Of a stretch of 64,000 bases of DNA, positions 62,636 to 64,000 are shown in pieces. Under the pieces are notes generated by a model that saw nothing but the letters and a program-made list of their open reading frames with translations, was not told the DNA's origin and made no database searches. A program made the position numbers and the translations under genes. This stretch comes from Burkholderiales bacterium. Its GTDB lineage: Bacteria > Pseudomonadota > Gammaproteobacteria > Burkholderiales > SG8-41. Position 1 is the first letter of the stretch; each line of letters starts with the position of its first letter. The stretch covers positions 812 to 64,811 of the forward strand of contig DATFWO010000099.1 in the NCBI GenBank assembly GCA_035259205.1, in the 5' to 3' direction.

Positions 62636-64000
62636 TTACGCCATCACGAGCAATCCATCCACCGCCACCACGCCCTCGGGCTTGACGATCAAAGGATTGA
62701 TCTCCGCTTCCTGTACCGCCGGGGCGAGATATGCGAGCTGGGAGAACGCCGCCACGGCCCGGGCAAGCGCGTCGCAATCCCCGCGCTGCATCCCGCGATA
62801 GCCGCGGACGACGGCGAGCCCTTTCACCTCGTCGATCATGCAGCGCGCTTCCTCTACGCTCACCGGTGCGAGGCGAGATGTGAAGTCCTTGTAGATCTCG
62901 GCGAGGACGCCGCCGATCCCGAGCACCACCACCGGGCCGACCTGCGGGTCGCGCTTGAAGCCGACGATGACCTCTGCAAGACCCTTCACCATTTGCTGCA
63001 CAAGCACGCCTTCGATGCGGGCGTCCTTCCGATAAGCGCGCGCGTTTGACAGTATTTCGTCGTGCGCTGCCGCAAGTTCCTCGCGGGATTGCAAATTGAG
63101 CCGCACGGCGCGCGCTTCGGTCTTGTGCAGGATGTCGGGCGAGAGGATCTTGGCTGCGACCGGAAACTCGATATCGACCGCTTGTCCGCGCGCGGCGATC
63201 ACGGCGGTCGTTGCGGGCGTGACGCCGAGCGCAGCAAAAATCTTGCACGCCTCGTATTCGTTGAGCCGCGTGGCCGCGCTTGCCGCGAGCACCTTCCCTA
63301 TGGCATCCAGTTTCGCCCGGTCGGGCGCGGGAAATTCCAGCGGAGCCCTCCAGTCGCGCCAGGCACGCACGGCGTCGGCACAGGCCTCGGGCGTGCGGAA
63401 TCCGGCGACGCCTGCCGCGCTCAGCAGCTGGAGCGAGCGCTCCGCGTGCGGCGCGAGGAAGGCCGCGAGGACCTTGCCGCGTCGATCCGCCTCGATGACC
63501 GGCGCAACCGCGACTTCCGGATGGAACTGGGCCGAGCTGCCCGCGACGGCCAGAACCATCTCGCAATGGTCGGACGCAAGCAGCTCGTTCAACACCGCGC
63601 TGTAGATCTCCTTCTTCGCGCCCGCGAGCGTCAGATCGGTGATGCGCGCCTTGTTGATACTGATGTTCTTGCGCGCGAGGGCCGCGATCACCTGCTCGGT
63701 CGGCTGCACCACGTCCACCCCGTAAGTCCCGAGCCGGTCCACAACGGCGGCGGCCCCGCCGCCGGTCGTGGTCATGACCGCGACACGGTGACGCGTGCGG
63801 GGCCTCTCGTTCGCTATCAGCGGCGGCAGCTCGAAGAGCGTTTCCAGCACGTCCACACGCAGCATGCCGTGCGCGCGGAAAAACGTGTCGGCCAGCTCGT
63901 CCGATCCGGTCATTGCTCCAGTGTGCGAGGCGGCGAGATCCTGTCCGACTTCCGAGCGCCCGAGCTTGTAGACGACGACGGGCTTGCCTGCGGCGTGTGC
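62636..64000 (-). CDS. ADP-forming acyl-CoA synthetase, fused alpha-beta type, 5'-truncated by window edge
   Basis: Reading frame stays open upstream of the ATG at 63913 to the window edge (..KPVVVYKLGRSEVGQDLAASHTGAMTGSD, the phospho-His loop). C-terminal ATP-grasp part matches the beta subunit at 28760 (SPDILHKTEA, EINPL). Confidence 0.8.
   Translation of the reverse strand, partial: AHAAGKPVVVYKLGRSEVGQDLAASHTGAMTGSDELADTFFRAHGMLRVDVLETLFELPPLIANERPRTRHRVAVMTTTGGGAAAVVDRLGTYGVDVVQPTEQVIAALARKNISINKARITDLTLAGAKKEIYSAVLNELLASDHCEMVLAVAGSSAQFHPEVAVAPVIEADRRGKVLAAFLAPHAERSLQLLSAAGVAGFRTPEACADAVRAWRDWRAPLEFPAPDRAKLDAIGKVLAASAATRLNEYEACKIFAALGVTPATTAVIAARGQAVDIEFPVAAKILSPDILHKTEARAVRLNLQSREELAAAHDEILSNARAYRKDARIEGVLVQQMVKGLAEVIVGFKRDPQVGPVVVLGIGGVLAEIYKDFTSRLAPVSVEEARCMIDEVKGLAVVRGYRGMQRGDCDALARAVAAFSQLAYLAPAVQEAEINPLIVKPEGVVAVDGLLVMA

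Overview
GC-rich (not computed), densely packed chromosomal window of proteobacterial type. From gene content alone it looks like a Burkholderiales-like or similar soil lineage; I cannot verify taxonomy. I call about 59 protein-coding genes, almost all metabolic or transport. I found no rRNA, tRNA, CRISPR, transposase, integrase, phage gene or recognisable transcription factor.

Main gene content:
- A tctCBA tricarboxylate transporter, plus eight further orphan Bug/TctC-family binding proteins.
- Three M20 peptidases/amidohydrolases, including dapE.
- A class-I DAHP synthase.
- A czc/cus-type heavy-metal RND efflux operon in B-A-C order.
- A six-gene operon: small biotin carrier, carboxyltransferase, biotin carboxylase, split ADP-forming acyl-CoA synthetase and an Fe-ADH-family enzyme. 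A second, orphan carboxyltransferase paralog lies elsewhere.
- A SorAB-type sulfite dehydrogenase.
- Two separate tandem pairs of alpha/beta-hydrolase paralogs with overlapping stop/start codons.
- A DUF35/SCP2-thiolase pair, a stand-alone LanC-like protein, and LLM monooxygenase plus bicupin.
- MmgE/PrpD next to a fused ADP-forming acyl-CoA synthetase that runs off the right edge.

The most unusual signal is non-coding. Many intercistronic spacers, mostly from about 24 kb onward, are built from short-period tandem arrays with a 7 bp or 13-15 bp period. Each unit has a 7-9 bp conserved core (GTGACG, GTGACTG, GTGATGA, CACGGAA, CGTCCCAG or GCGGCTCAG types) and a variable remainder. The array is often followed by a mirror-image array of the reverse-complement core.

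The clearest case is 51537-51680, with 5 direct and 5 inverted units at an exact 14 bp period. Every spacer of the carboxylase operon carries such an array, and none of its six cistrons has a visible Shine-Dalgarno sequence. Other repeats are a MITE-like element with 19 bp terminal inverted repeats (46887-47131) and a pair of ~65 bp direct repeats (58707-58870).

All functional calls are by-eye motif and family recognition on the supplied translations. No database search was possible.
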